Below are positions 35,801 through 48,205 of a stretch of 64,000 nt of DNA, in pieces. The notes beneath the pieces are model-generated. The model had not been told where the DNA came from. It was given only the letters and a program-made list of their open reading frames with translations, and made no database searches. Position numbers and translations under genes: made by a program. Origin of the DNA: Azolla caroliniana (lineage: Eukaryota; Plantae; Polypodiophyta); the NCBI GenBank assembly GCA_043228905.1, contig JBHGNT010000011.1:14322001-14386000 (forward strand), written 5' to 3'. The stretch's first letter is position 1; every line of letters begins with the position of its first letter.

Positions 35801-38800
35801 ACTCTAACCATTGCTGCATTTCATCATACCAACAATGAATGTCTCCATTTTCAGCCAGTTGTCTTGATGACATAAGTAGAAAGAAAGAAAGAAAGAAAGA
35901 TATATTAACGTCTTTTAAGAGGCCAAAATGGCCTATAAAGCCAAACAAGAGATTACATCTTAAGTGTTGTCTCGTCTTTGAGAACAAAAAATCAAAATAA
36001 AATAAATATTACTAAGTAAATATAAAAGTAAATAAAATAAAAAGAGACTAAAGAATCTGGTTTTTGGCACATGTGAGATTCTCAAGTTAGATATATTATA
36101 ACTTTTGTCTACGGAAGATCTCTAGCATAGGTTGATCCAGAATGGAGAGGTCTCCGAAGCAAGGGAAGCACTTGCGACAACGGGAGATAATGGCCTTTAT
36201 TTGTTGATGACAAGGGACGGGGCCTATGTGCATGAAAAATTGCTATCGCCCTATCTATTGTAACCCCTTTGTTATGTCCTGGTCGGGAGCCCATTTGTAT
36301 ATCCCTTGATTGACTTGTAGCATTAATTGGAGTGGTGGTGCTAAAGAAAATTGTGTTTGTTCTTTGCGAATGAGCTTGTGTGTCTGTATTATTGTCCTTC
36401 AACAACTTTTCCCTACGTCCCTTGAGTTCTAGCAAGAAAAGTCCTAGGTACTGTTGGTATTCCATTACCTTGTGTAGTGAGCCAAAGCCGTGTTTAAAGA
36501 GGCAATGGTATTTCCCTCTTATTTCATAAAAGACACTACAGGGACAAACGTAGTGTTCTTCGGATTCTACTCCTTGATGACACAATTGGCAAATTCTTTC
36601 TTCTAGAGGTATTCGTGTATATTTGCCTACCTCAATTTCTAACTGATGTGATGAAGTTCGCTGCTGCCCTATCACACTACGCTGTGCATAGGACTTTGTT
36701 ATGTCTTGGTCGGGAGCCCATTTGTGTATCCCGTGATTGACTTGTAGCATTAGTAGGAGTGTTGGGGCTAAAGAAAGTTGTGATTGTTCTTTGTGGATGA
36801 GCTTGTGTGGCTGTATTCTTTAACAACTTTTCCCGATGTCGCTTGAGCTCTAGCAAGAAAAGTCCTAGGCACCGTTGGCCCTCATATTCCATTACCTTGT
36901 GTAGCGGGCCAAAACCTTGTTTAAAGAGGCAATGATATCTCCCTCTAATTTTATAAAAGATACTACAGTGACAAACATAGTGTTCATCGGATTCCACTCC
37001 TTGATGACACAATTGGCAAATTCTTTCTTCTAGAGGTATTCATGTATATCTGCCTACCTCAATCTGTAACTGATGTGATGAAGTTCGCAGCTGCCCTATC
37101 ACACTATGCAGCGCATAGAATAGCTGTATGCCCATATAAGGTGGCCTGATGATGAATCCATCCTCCGATGTGTGTAAAAAGTGTCTTATAGTGGGTCATC
37201 TTTGTACCAATTGGTATTTTGGGGCTGATCCATGTTATCTTGTTTTCTAAGTTAATAATATCAGTTCGGATCACTCTATTCTTTTCCACTATGGTCATAT
37301 TTAGATGGGGACAGTCCAAACTATAAAACGGGGGTAGTGCAGTTATACTCATGCCATGTGACTCGAACCATTGCTGCATTTCATCATACCGACAATGAAT
37401 GTCTCCATTTTCAGCCAGTTGTCTTGAAGACATAAGTGCCAACCTTGGGGACCGTCGTTTAGGGAGCTCCCAAAGATGTTGGATAAATGTCACTGATCGG
37501 AACAATGTCTCGGTGATTATAGGTGTTGCTCCCATCTCTGCCCGGATTATATCGTGGGGCACCGATGCTTTGCTCCTTATCATGCGAGCAAAAAAGAAAG
37601 AAATAAAGAAAGAAAGAAATGTCAATATTCTCTGAATATTGTTAAACTTCTATATGTGATCTTTGTAGTGTAGTTCCATAAATATCAAATTTAAGTACAT
37701 GAAAAGCGAGAGCTTAATTGTGCATTTTGATATAAATAGATTCCAATGTGAATATTAGTTATACTGTCCATATCTTTGTTTTACATGTTCATTGTCTGAT
37801 TGCTTGTATAGGAACAAACAAGAATGCATGTGACAATATTAATATAAGCATCTATGCTGCTCATTGATTCCAATTTTAATTTCTTTTTTAGAATGCTATC
37901 TGTTTTAACTGGTTCACCCCCTCAGAAGGACAAGAAGTATTGCGTATGTCAAAAGAGGTATGCCAAAAGATATAGTTTTAGGGCTAGCTTTTCTTTCCAA
38001 TGGATTTTGTTTTTTAAAATGATCTGAGCAAATGTGTCAGTTGAATTATAGCTGATTAGAAAATTGTGTTTGCTTTATCTTGCCAGCTCATTGATTTTTT
38101 CACAGGTGCAGCAGGTTGGACTGCTGTTGATAGCAATGAAGCTTCACAAACATTGTCTACAATTATACCGAAGTAGGAATTATAATCTTCAACTCGTTTT
38201 TATTGATCAATAGCAAAAGTAGGAAAATCAGAAAATCCGTAGTATTTCTGAAGCGAGCTGGATGAATAGGGAAGAACTATCTTTATAGTGAGGTTTCTGG
38301 GGTATTAATTTCAGGACACACTTTCTTTATTTTGAGTTTATGTAATACCTTTAGATGTTATTTTGAAGTGTGAATTTGACGTATCAAATGTGAAGCTAAG
38401 TACAACAGAAGAGAAGTACATATGCACACTAACCTAAACCTCAAGAGTTCTTTTCCAAAATATGCCATGGTCCATACTAAAATTGTTCATATCTCTTCTG
38501 TATTCAAATCCATTTGTCTATACAGTAGTTAAGAACAAGTGACAAGTTGTTATTCACTCATCAAATTTACCATTTCTTTTCTGATGATGTCTATTGCTGC
38601 TATTAATAATCAAGATATTAGATTTTGATGATAATAGAAAATCAGTGGAATCTTATAGCACATGAATGTTGTGTTATAATGGAGTATAACTACAGAAACT
38701 GTAGGTATTATTGTATACTAACACACCATGAAATTTCAGGAAATCCAGCTATGATAAAATCTTTGAGTTTAAATTTAGTGACATTATTGTAGAACTGTCG

Positions 38801-41800
38801 ATTTAAACATAGGCTTTATCATGTCTAGCTATCAGCTATCTGTAAAAAAATGTTTCCACATTCTTTGTTCCCACTTGAATAACCAATAAATAGTTCTGTA
38901 AGCTGATCTCTTTTCTGTGGGTGTGTTTGTTGCGCTGTAGGTTTTATCCATTATTGAGTTTGCTGACAGTGATAGTGGCTTTGGAGGCAAAGGTGACTAT
39001 GCTCTGTGCTGGTTGACCTTTGATAGCCACATATATGTTTTAATTGCTCATTTTTTCTTCAAATCTGTACTAAGTTTTTAATGTTATGTTTATAGCCAGG
39101 TTATGAAGCTATGGTTTGTGATTTCTATGTGTTAAAGAAGCCTTCTTCTATTGAAGAACTGGTACATTGCCGAGTAAATTACTGAGGAAATTCTGATTAA
39201 ACAATTAGATGGCTATCACATGATTGATGTAGAATTAATTTTGCACTGCAGCGTATGTTTGTGATACGAAAAGATAATCAGGATACATCGTCATGTCTAG
39301 TGACTCCCGATCATGTAAAGTAAGATTTATGCATAATTATTCTCTGAAATTAAAGTAACATTGTGTATACAATTTCCTTCTGATTAATTATGTGGATGCA
39401 TTTTCTGATATCTAATCATGCCGTCAAAGAGAAATAATCATCAGCCAATATTGTAAGTCGCAACTGTAATATTGACTGATGATTTCAGCTTATGAAAGCT
39501 TATTTTGTCCCATAGTTTAGGTTTTCAGGTTTACTAATAATAACAGGATTAAATACTAGCAATGTAATGGTTGATTTGATATTATGGCAGTTTTTTGGTG
39601 AATGGAAAGGGTGTTGAGAAGAGGAGTCTTACATCTATGGCGAGTGCTTCATCTTTCCTTAAATCACATTTAATGTTTTCATGAGAAATTATATATCCGT
39701 GCTGAATGGCATGATTACTTTCTCCTGTTTTTGTATGCTAAATTTTCTTGGTGGTATCATGATTAGGAAGGAGGTCCACAGATGCCTTCAAATGTAACTG
39801 GAATGCTGAAGATAGGGACAAATTTATTACAAATTGTGGGAGATTTTCCTGGTATAGTTCCCTTTTGACAATTCTGTCTCTCCATGGCTAACGCTGGTAG
39901 GTATAAATACACAAAAGAAAACTATTGAAACGTGTTAAAATGAGTAGAATGTACAAGGAGTCACAGAGATGGACATTGCTGCTGCTGGCCTTTCTCTGTG
40001 ATGTGAATAATAGAGTCCTGTAGACCAGTTGTCGGAAATAAGAGACAAGCATCTGGGCATATCCAAAAGCAAGGCTTGATGGTTCTCCCTGGAGAGTAAG
40101 TGAACCTGATCCAGTAGAGGTGGGCTTGTGTCAATGATTAGCAGATGCTAAAGAGTCACTGAGCATGGAAGATAGCTTTTGGAGTTTAGGATTGACACAT
40201 GGACTGGACATTTTGAATGGGACAAACAGACATCCACTAAGTAGTGGTTTTACTTGCTTTCCACATGGGCATGGCACTAGCAACATCTATCATATTCTGA
40301 CTTCCACCACACTAGTGCTCTGTATACATGAGATCTTGGTGTCATGCAAACCCGTCATTGTAGCATTGGATCAGCACATTTATCTGTGACAATGGACTTA
40401 ACCACACTAGTGGTCCATCTCAACAGAACACACACTACCATCTTATGTATAGTTTCTGCAAGGAGACAGATGGCGTGTACTTGGAAAGATCTACAATCTC
40501 CTTGATATAGAGAAGCTCCACCCACCATTACCAGAACAGACCTGAACTGAGACTCTACACTCAGTTGCTACTGCAGCTTCGCCATGTCTACACGGATATG
40601 GAAATCATTTTCAATTACTATGCCTCCAGAACAGCTGGTATGATGATGAGCAGAAAAATGAGAGCCTGACTGCAGAGAGAGATAGGCCTTGGCTTTACTA
40701 CTGACAACCAGCCACACATTGTCCATTACCCACAACCAGTCTCCTTATCTGAGACCAAATTTACATCCACATGAATCTTATAGAAGTTTGGTAAAAGAAA
40801 AATGAAAGTTTTACCAGTTTATCAGTTGAGATTTTAAGGGGGCATCAATCCTCACTTATCAGGTGCTCGCTCTCTCGGACTCTATTTCCGCTGTGGATAA
40901 AATCTCCGACTATTATAGGTGCTCAGTTGACGGGTACTTGGATTCTTATCTGTTATACACAGATGATATTGTACATATAGCATACATTATAGTGAGCTTA
41001 TTGTACCTGCTAGTGTACTAGAAGTAAACTTGTGGAAAATTCAAGGCCATGGTGTTTAATTACTACATCTCAGTGAAGAAGTAGGTCACTGCCTTAGATC
41101 ATTTATGGAAATGAGAGGGTGCATTGTGTAGATTTATACACCTATCTTAGTGTAGTGTTCTCTGAAGCTATCTTCTCTATGAAAGGAGTTATTTGAACTC
41201 TTGTTATCCCTACAATTCTTTATGGATTGCAGATTTTGGACTGAGCATTTTGTGGCTCAATCCAGGCACCTGAGGATGTGGATCATCCGATGGAAGATGT
41301 TCTGCATTGCGGGATAAATAATTTCATTCCTTGATGGAGCATGATTCCCTCTGCGACTATGGATGACATTGATGTTATACAATGTCATCCTTCGAGAGTG
41401 TTCATGGCCTGATCCGCCCATGTTTGACTTCTTCAAGATACTCGTTATTTGTACATTGTATAGTCCGCATTAAGGTTTAGGCTTTAGATTATAGCCTAAT
41501 TACATGGGGTAGCTACATGTGTATTGCCATATCAAGCCATTTAATGTTTAGGATCAGGATACAAAGAATAGTATGGATTTGATTTTTATTTTAACCTGTG
41601 TCTTCCTCCATGATACGATACACTACAATGGCTATTGCATTTTTGAGAAATTCTTGCTAAATAAAGTATTCTTAAAGTTGTGTTTGTGATCTTTGTGCCT
41701 GAAATTTGCATTCCATTTGACTGTGGAGTGGAAATAGTGCCATTTCACTTGGTAGCTAATGAGGATAAAGGATTTTCATAATCTCTACTTTTTATCCATT

Positions 41801-44800
41801 TAACAATGTTGTGGGAACGGTTTTTGCAACATGTTTCAAAAATTGTTCCTGGTTATGGATAATCATGGGAAGTTGTTGAACTGCCTGGTTGGGAGTTGTC
41901 TTAGTAAATCTTGAGAATAAAGGGTTGATTATCTTGATGAAGTAAGAGCCAGTATGGAAAAGAGACTGCTAATTTTATAAATAGCAGCTGCTGTTGTAAT
42001 ATTTCAATAATAACTCAAATTATGCTGATGAAGCAATGTTTAAATAATCTGGCCATCAGAACAAATAAAAGATGGGAGGCACATTGCAATCAGGCACAAT
42101 TATCTGTAACAAAGAAACTTGTAGTATCCAAGAATTTGCTATAACAAGGCAGGGGATGGAAGATATGCCATTCCTGTTACTTTTTAAAGTGTGAGTCTTT
42201 CATTGCAACCAGCTTCTGGAAGATCAATATGCATAAATAGCTGTAAACTTCGCACATCATTATCTGCCACACTTGATATAACTTATTTTAATATATTATG
42301 GGAATCCAGAAGATACAAAATGCGACGTGCCTAATGCACTGCATTCAAACTAGGTGCACTGGCATTTTCTCACTTCTGGATTGGCTGTAAGACATAAATA
42401 ATGTGTTTATAGTAAATAGTGTCAGCTATTTTGTCAAAGATATCTGATGTAAATAGGTGTTCCAGCATTGTGAACTTCGGCAGTTATTGCAAGGTTTTAA
42501 GGCTTGTAGTTCATCCTCGAAATGGAGCTCAGTTTTCTAACTTCCTACAGCAAACTTGTTTAACCAAGTGACACTACTATTTTGAGAACATATTATAAGA
42601 TATCATTTGTACCAATCACTTTGCCAATTCTTGGGTATCGGTTGCCATCTAGTGCAACAAACAGGGAATAGGGAGTGTGTGCAACATATGCATTCATCTA
42701 GAAGGCCCATATTATTCTTTAGATGGAAAGAACATCATAAACCTAGTTATTTGAAATGCCTCTTTGGATGTGAAGCATGTGTGACATCCGACAGTGCTTT
42801 TAATTAGCTGCATAATACTCATAATATTGAACAAAGAGGCATTTCAATTCTAAACTTCCAAATCTTGATGAATTCCCATGTCATATCAAGAATTGTTTTT
42901 ATGGATTATGCTAAAAATATGTAGTTCTAGTGTGTGGTTCTTGTACACGTATTTTATTGGGCTTATTTTACAGCCACAACTGACACTTTTCTCTCAGGAA
43001 ATTATTTGATTGCAATTGCTCTCACTACCACAACCACAGAATTCATCTCTCCATTGTCTTTGAAGATATACAATCATACTGGGGCAAAAGCTCAAGCAGG
43101 TTATAGTCATGAAATAACTCACAGAAGAAAGAAATTTTCTTCTCAACCTGCAAACACTCATTTCTTTCATTCTTTATGCTTTCAAATGTGTAGATGAGGA
43201 ATTAATTGAAGGGCCTTCACGTGTTTCGCTTCTTTGTCCCATAAGGTAATTTTTATGCATTTCTTAAGAAGATTATCCAGGCCATATGTTTAAGCATAAC
43301 TATTGCATTTAGTGAGAGTATGGTTATGTGTGTCTTTCTTAAAAGCATGGCTATATACAATAAAAGTACTTTAGTCTTTTACATTTAGAATGATAGACAA
43401 CACTGCTGTAGATCATGGGGTATATAAAATATCCATATATAATATGTTCACCGGTGCTATCACCATATCTTGTTGTCATCATCATTGTTGTGGCCTTCAC
43501 TGTCTGGCCTTTAATCAATAAGCCTATTAAACACCTTCACATGCTCTGATATCCTTTCTTGATGTCAGCCATAAACGAATTATTTCTCCGGTTAAAGGTT
43601 CCTCTTGCAAACACCATCAGGTATTGGAATTTGCCATGTGAATTACAAGATTATATCGTTTGTTTCTTAAGAGTATTATGCTCATTGTTTCTCTTCAGTG
43701 CTTTGATTATAATAGCTTCATGGAAATAAACTCTAGAAGACCTTCATGGCGTTGTCCTTTCTGTAGCCGACATGCCAGCTTCCCTGATCTATGTCTTGAC
43801 CTTCAAATGCTGAAGGTTTTTGAAGCTATATTTGTCCACTAAATGCATGTCAGTTTGGAGGAGTTATAAAATCAAAGTGTGCTCATTGCATGTTATTCTG
43901 GACAGATATTAAAAGAGACCAAGGACAATGCTGTTGATTTGATGGTGTCTGATGATGGATCCTGGGAAACATTAAACGAAGAAGGCAAGCTGAATAAACT
44001 TAGCAGTGCAACTAAGGAAGAGCTGATGGCACAAAATTCAATAGAGAGCTCAGTTGAGGATGGAGAAATTCATATGCAGAAGAATGACACTAGCTATATT
44101 GAGTTATCTGATAATGACGAGCCTGAAAGAAGGAATTGCATTGATGGGTTTACTGTTGGTGAAGGATATGCCAACTGTGGTGGAGAAATGGAAGATAGGA
44201 AACCTGATGTAAGGGAGCTCAACGCAGCTCTAGCAACAACTACTGGCAGTGGACAGGTCAGTATCGCAGAATCTGCCACCATACTTCCTCATGGGAGCAG
44301 TAATCAGTGTATCCCTCAAACAATGCAATTGTTGTCCAATGAAGTATTCACATTACCAGAGGCACAAGTAGAGAGACAAGGAAACCAAGAAGTAAGTAGA
44401 TCACCTATAGCTATACAGGCCTTGCCTGCACAAATGGCAAATGCAAATCCTAACTACCGTACCCGACCACGCACAAATTCACCTCATCCGAACCCATCGG
44501 TTCAAGTGAACAATTCCCAATCTGGCATCAATCAGAGACCTCTTCAAGTACAATTACCTAGTTTTGTCGGCATTCAGGATGGCCAAGTGCTGCTGACTAC
44601 TCCACACTTTCAGCAAGAAACCGATGAGTTTCTGAATGCCAATCAGTTACAACAGGTAAACAACCAATCAGTAACAAGAAGCATTTAAACACATTAAACT
44701 GAAACAGAAGTAATGAATCTTCATAGTGGTATGACGTGATATGAACCTTTTTGTTCAGCATTCAATTGTTCTTTTTGGAGTAACACTGACCTGATACATT

Positions 44801-46322
44801 TTAGGAGTTCAGGGTTTTAGCTGGTTTAAGTTGAAACTGGGAAACACCAGGTTTTTTATTGAAAGGTATGACATTACATAATTTTGAAAGGTTCAGCGAT
44901 TAGGATATCGAGATGTAGAACTCTGGGCTGATTTCAACATTCAACTACCTCATTTAATAATACTGCTGAAAAATGCATCTTCATATATGGGATGGTATGA
45001 CATGATATTTGTTAGAGAGCTTTAGCATCTAGGTTCTTATATATGTAGATGTAGATCCTTGGTTCATTTCAGAGCTCGATGATCTCAATAGAGTAACACT
45101 GCTTATTATGAATCTTCGTAGATTGTAAAGTATGAAATGATCTATTTAAGATTAAACTGAAACACCATGATGAATATTCATATATCAAAAGGTATGACAC
45201 TAAATATTTTGAAGGTTCTAGGGTTTAAAAACTCAGAGTGGGGGGTTAATAATACAACTAGTTGCTTTTTGCAAATAGATTTAAAGGTTAATAATGTCTA
45301 GGGGTTAATAATACAACTAGTTGCCCTGGTTGTTTTGGATATGTATCAAAATACCTTCAGCAGTAAAGTTTCTACTGCAGGACTATTCTGGCAAATATCC
45401 AAATTAATTGACGTTTTAATTTTATGTCTGTCATTGTGCACGTAAGCATAACTCATATTGTTTACTCTGTTTATTGAAGACCCTGGATGCGCGAGATCAA
45501 CGGCAGAGGGTCACCATTCAGAGCTCCCAGCAACATCAACAACGCACGACTCCATCACACTCAACGCATAGAGCTACTCGAGAAAATCCGTATCTTATTC
45601 CTAACAGGAATATCAACCAAATCCGAGCACCGGACCGTCCAAGTCCTTTTCAAGCAAATGTACGGCCCGAGTCTGCAAATATGCATGATGCCCAATTGTG
45701 GAGGCTTTTGCAAACACAACAAATACAAATTCAGCCCTCCCAACCACAGCTACAACAACAAGGTGTTATGAATTCGGCCTTACGAGAAGAAAATGCTAGT
45801 GCTTTAGCCGAAGTGCCTCAATCAGCTGCTGGTTCATCATTAGTTATGACCAACACAATGAGGCGGCAAAATTCACAAAATGCTCGGGTGAATGTGAATG
45901 CACAATATTTGCAATCAGCTAATCCTAGTTTGGTTTCGCCAACTACGAATACACTATCACGAGACCAAAGGTGGATGAATGCAAATGCGAATAGTAACGC
46001 AAATGGGTCGGATGGCTTAACTGGACAAATGTCACCAGATGTGCCAGCTATGTTGCCTGACCACACTCAAAGAAGGATGAGAGGTAGTATTAGCAATCCA
46101 CAATGTCAGACAAATTATGCTTCTTGGACACTTGGTTTGACATCTCAAGCTTCCCAAGTTCCACAAGGTTCAAATGGTCATCTTTCCAGATTTTCCCCAG
46201 GCATCCCATCTTCATGGAATGACCCGATGACGAGGCCAGTGGACCCTCTTCCGCAAAGCATCCAGACAGTGTCCACTCTTGTAACTGACTTTGACAACTG
46301 GTTGGATACACAGAACAATTAA
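32804..46322 (+). CDS. PIAL2: SP-RING (zf-MIZ) SUMO ligase PIAL1/2-like, ~879 aa, 16 coding exons
   Basis: Exons 32804-32916, 33306-33378, 33947-34012, 37892-37957, 38087-38172, 38941-38992, 39096-39161, 39252-39319, 39591-39639, 39767-39851, 42998-43099, 43194-43245, 43569-43620, 43699-43815, 43906-44655, 45480-46322 give a continuous frame. Motifs FLVNGKGVEKR, GPQMPSNVT, IEGPSRVSLLCPIS, KGSSCKHHQCFD, WRCPFC, RMRGS match the PIAL family. PIAL1 vs PIAL2 orthology is unresolved. Confidence 0.92.
34722..37620 (-). mobile_element. Head-to-tail array of three 5'-truncated RTE/RTEX-like LINE copies in PIAL intron 3
   Basis: Segments ~34722-35875, ~35876-36692 and ~36693-37590 each encode LRTSSHQLEIEVG.Y..IPLEERICQLC..GVESEEHYVC.C (ORF2 C-terminal CCHC). 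(CTTT)n tails at ~34724 and ~35878 and a (CTTT)-like run at ~37595. The clade call is from motif recall. Confidence 0.85.
39900..41630 (+). mobile_element. Decayed LINE remnant (endonuclease-like region) in a PIAL intron
   Basis: ORF 40165-40389 GLDILNG...GFTCF..G.GTSNI resembles the C-terminal motif of a LINE APE domain. The rest is too decayed to resolve and boundaries are approximate. Confidence 0.5.
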
Positions 46323-48205
46323 TGATCTCTAACCTCTAGGCAGATGTGTTTCTTTTATAACACTAAATTTATTTGATAGAATTGTACATTTTCTAGTCTT
46401 TTGTGCGGATACCAAATGTAAAATTATTTTGCCCTCTGTGATTCTGTTGTTTCTTGCAGAGTATAGACTTACAGGATTGGTATCTTAAGTTGCATCTAGT
46501 GGTCCTAATGATTTTGTGTTCGCTATTTAACATAAGATTTATGGTTTATTGTGTAGCTTTACAACTCTGTGGGGTGTGAATCCAGCAAAGCAAAGCAGCA
46601 CTTTTCATTTCACTTTAAAGCAGCCGTTTAAGCAGCAATCTTGATGAATCACTGGCAAGAAAATGCTTTGAACTTTTCTTTCCACATCAAAACAGCAATC
46701 TTTGAACTCGGAAATGGCACATTTCCCTGCAAGCCTGAATTGCATGCCTTATGCAAAAGCAGAACCACCAATTTACTAATTGTCAAATGTTTTTGATAAA
46801 TTTCACTAGACAGCAAGCATTTCCAACAAACATGAGCAATTTCTTCATCCTAAAATGAGAAAAAGAAACATCTTGTGTAGCCCACAAGCTTTGGCAAATT
46901 TCACAATTTGTATTTTGATGTCCTCTATTGCTTGCCTTGTGTCTTGAGTTGCAAAGTGACAGGTCCAATTGTGAAATAAAGAAAGATAATATTATTGCAA
47001 CAAATAGTAACTGAGTTGCTTACTGATTCCATTATAATTGGTGGGTGACAGTGCCACGACTATTGACCACTTTGCCTCCACTAATTTTTATCCTTCTATT
47101 AAGATCTGTCGATGATATCTTTTGTTTGGAATATGAAAACTTGGTTTCTATTGAATGTTTATCCTTCTACTAAGATGTCAATTAGTAGACATTTATGTTT
47201 TATGTGTTAAGAGTACTAAAATACCTTAGGACACCTAGCTTCTTTAGAACCTATCTTATTATATTTTGGAGGCATGTAACGAAATATGTAAGGAGAAGAC
47301 CTGGCTTTCTTTAGATATTGCACCTTATGGCTCATTTGACACCTATCGATACTACACTTTGTCCTCTTAGGAGCATTCAAGAAAACTATGGGGTTTAAAG
47401 GAAAAAAATATGAATAAGTTACACAAAAAGAAGGCTGGTTTTTATTATCGATTAGTCTAACTTAAAAGCATATCGTTTGCTTAAAAGCATATTGCACAAC
47501 CTCAACAAGTCGGACAAAGTTGATCACTTACTTGCCAATGAATTCGAGCATGGATTTCAATCTCTAGCCTTGCGAGGTTGTGTTGCTTGTCTTAGTTTCC
47601 ATTGGGGCAATGATATTACGACATCCAAACATGGATTTCTATTTTGCTTTCTGGTAGAGAAGATACATATGATTGTTGCAAAACTTGCCATGATTGGGTT
47701 TCTGAAAAATCTCATTTACAGCTCTTTGTGGCAAATACAAGAGTTGTCCACCTGACTTCCCAAAGGCTTTCAACAATTTGTGCTTGGTTGCTCAGTCAAT
47801 CGAGCGTCCAATATTGGGGTCATGCGATCCCATAGAAGTGTTTCATCGAACACAATGTCGGAGAGTTGTTTATGGAGACATGAAGACCCTTCTAGACTCC
47901 AAGTCTATAAGTCTAAAAGCTTTTATGTTTTTTGCTTGGGTTCATGGGCTGAATCAAATTCTGGCCCTGTTCCTCCTCTGTTTAGCCCTAGTCTCTCTAT
48001 TTCCCTCTCATTGCTGCTGTTTGGAAATCTCTCTCTTTTGCTTTTTCTTTTGTTTGGAAATCTCTGTCTTTGTGTGTGTCTCTCTCCTCTCTCTCTCTCT
48101 CTCTCTATCACACACACACACACACAACACACACTCAGAAAAAGGACCTCTCTATATATCAGAAACGAAGAAGAAGAAGAAGAAGAATAAGAAGGAGAAG
48201 GAGAA

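Noticed and set aside
47477-48190. Overlapping ORFs upstream of RBM22
   Set aside because: No recognisable motifs. They run into CT/CA microsatellites and the 5'UTR.
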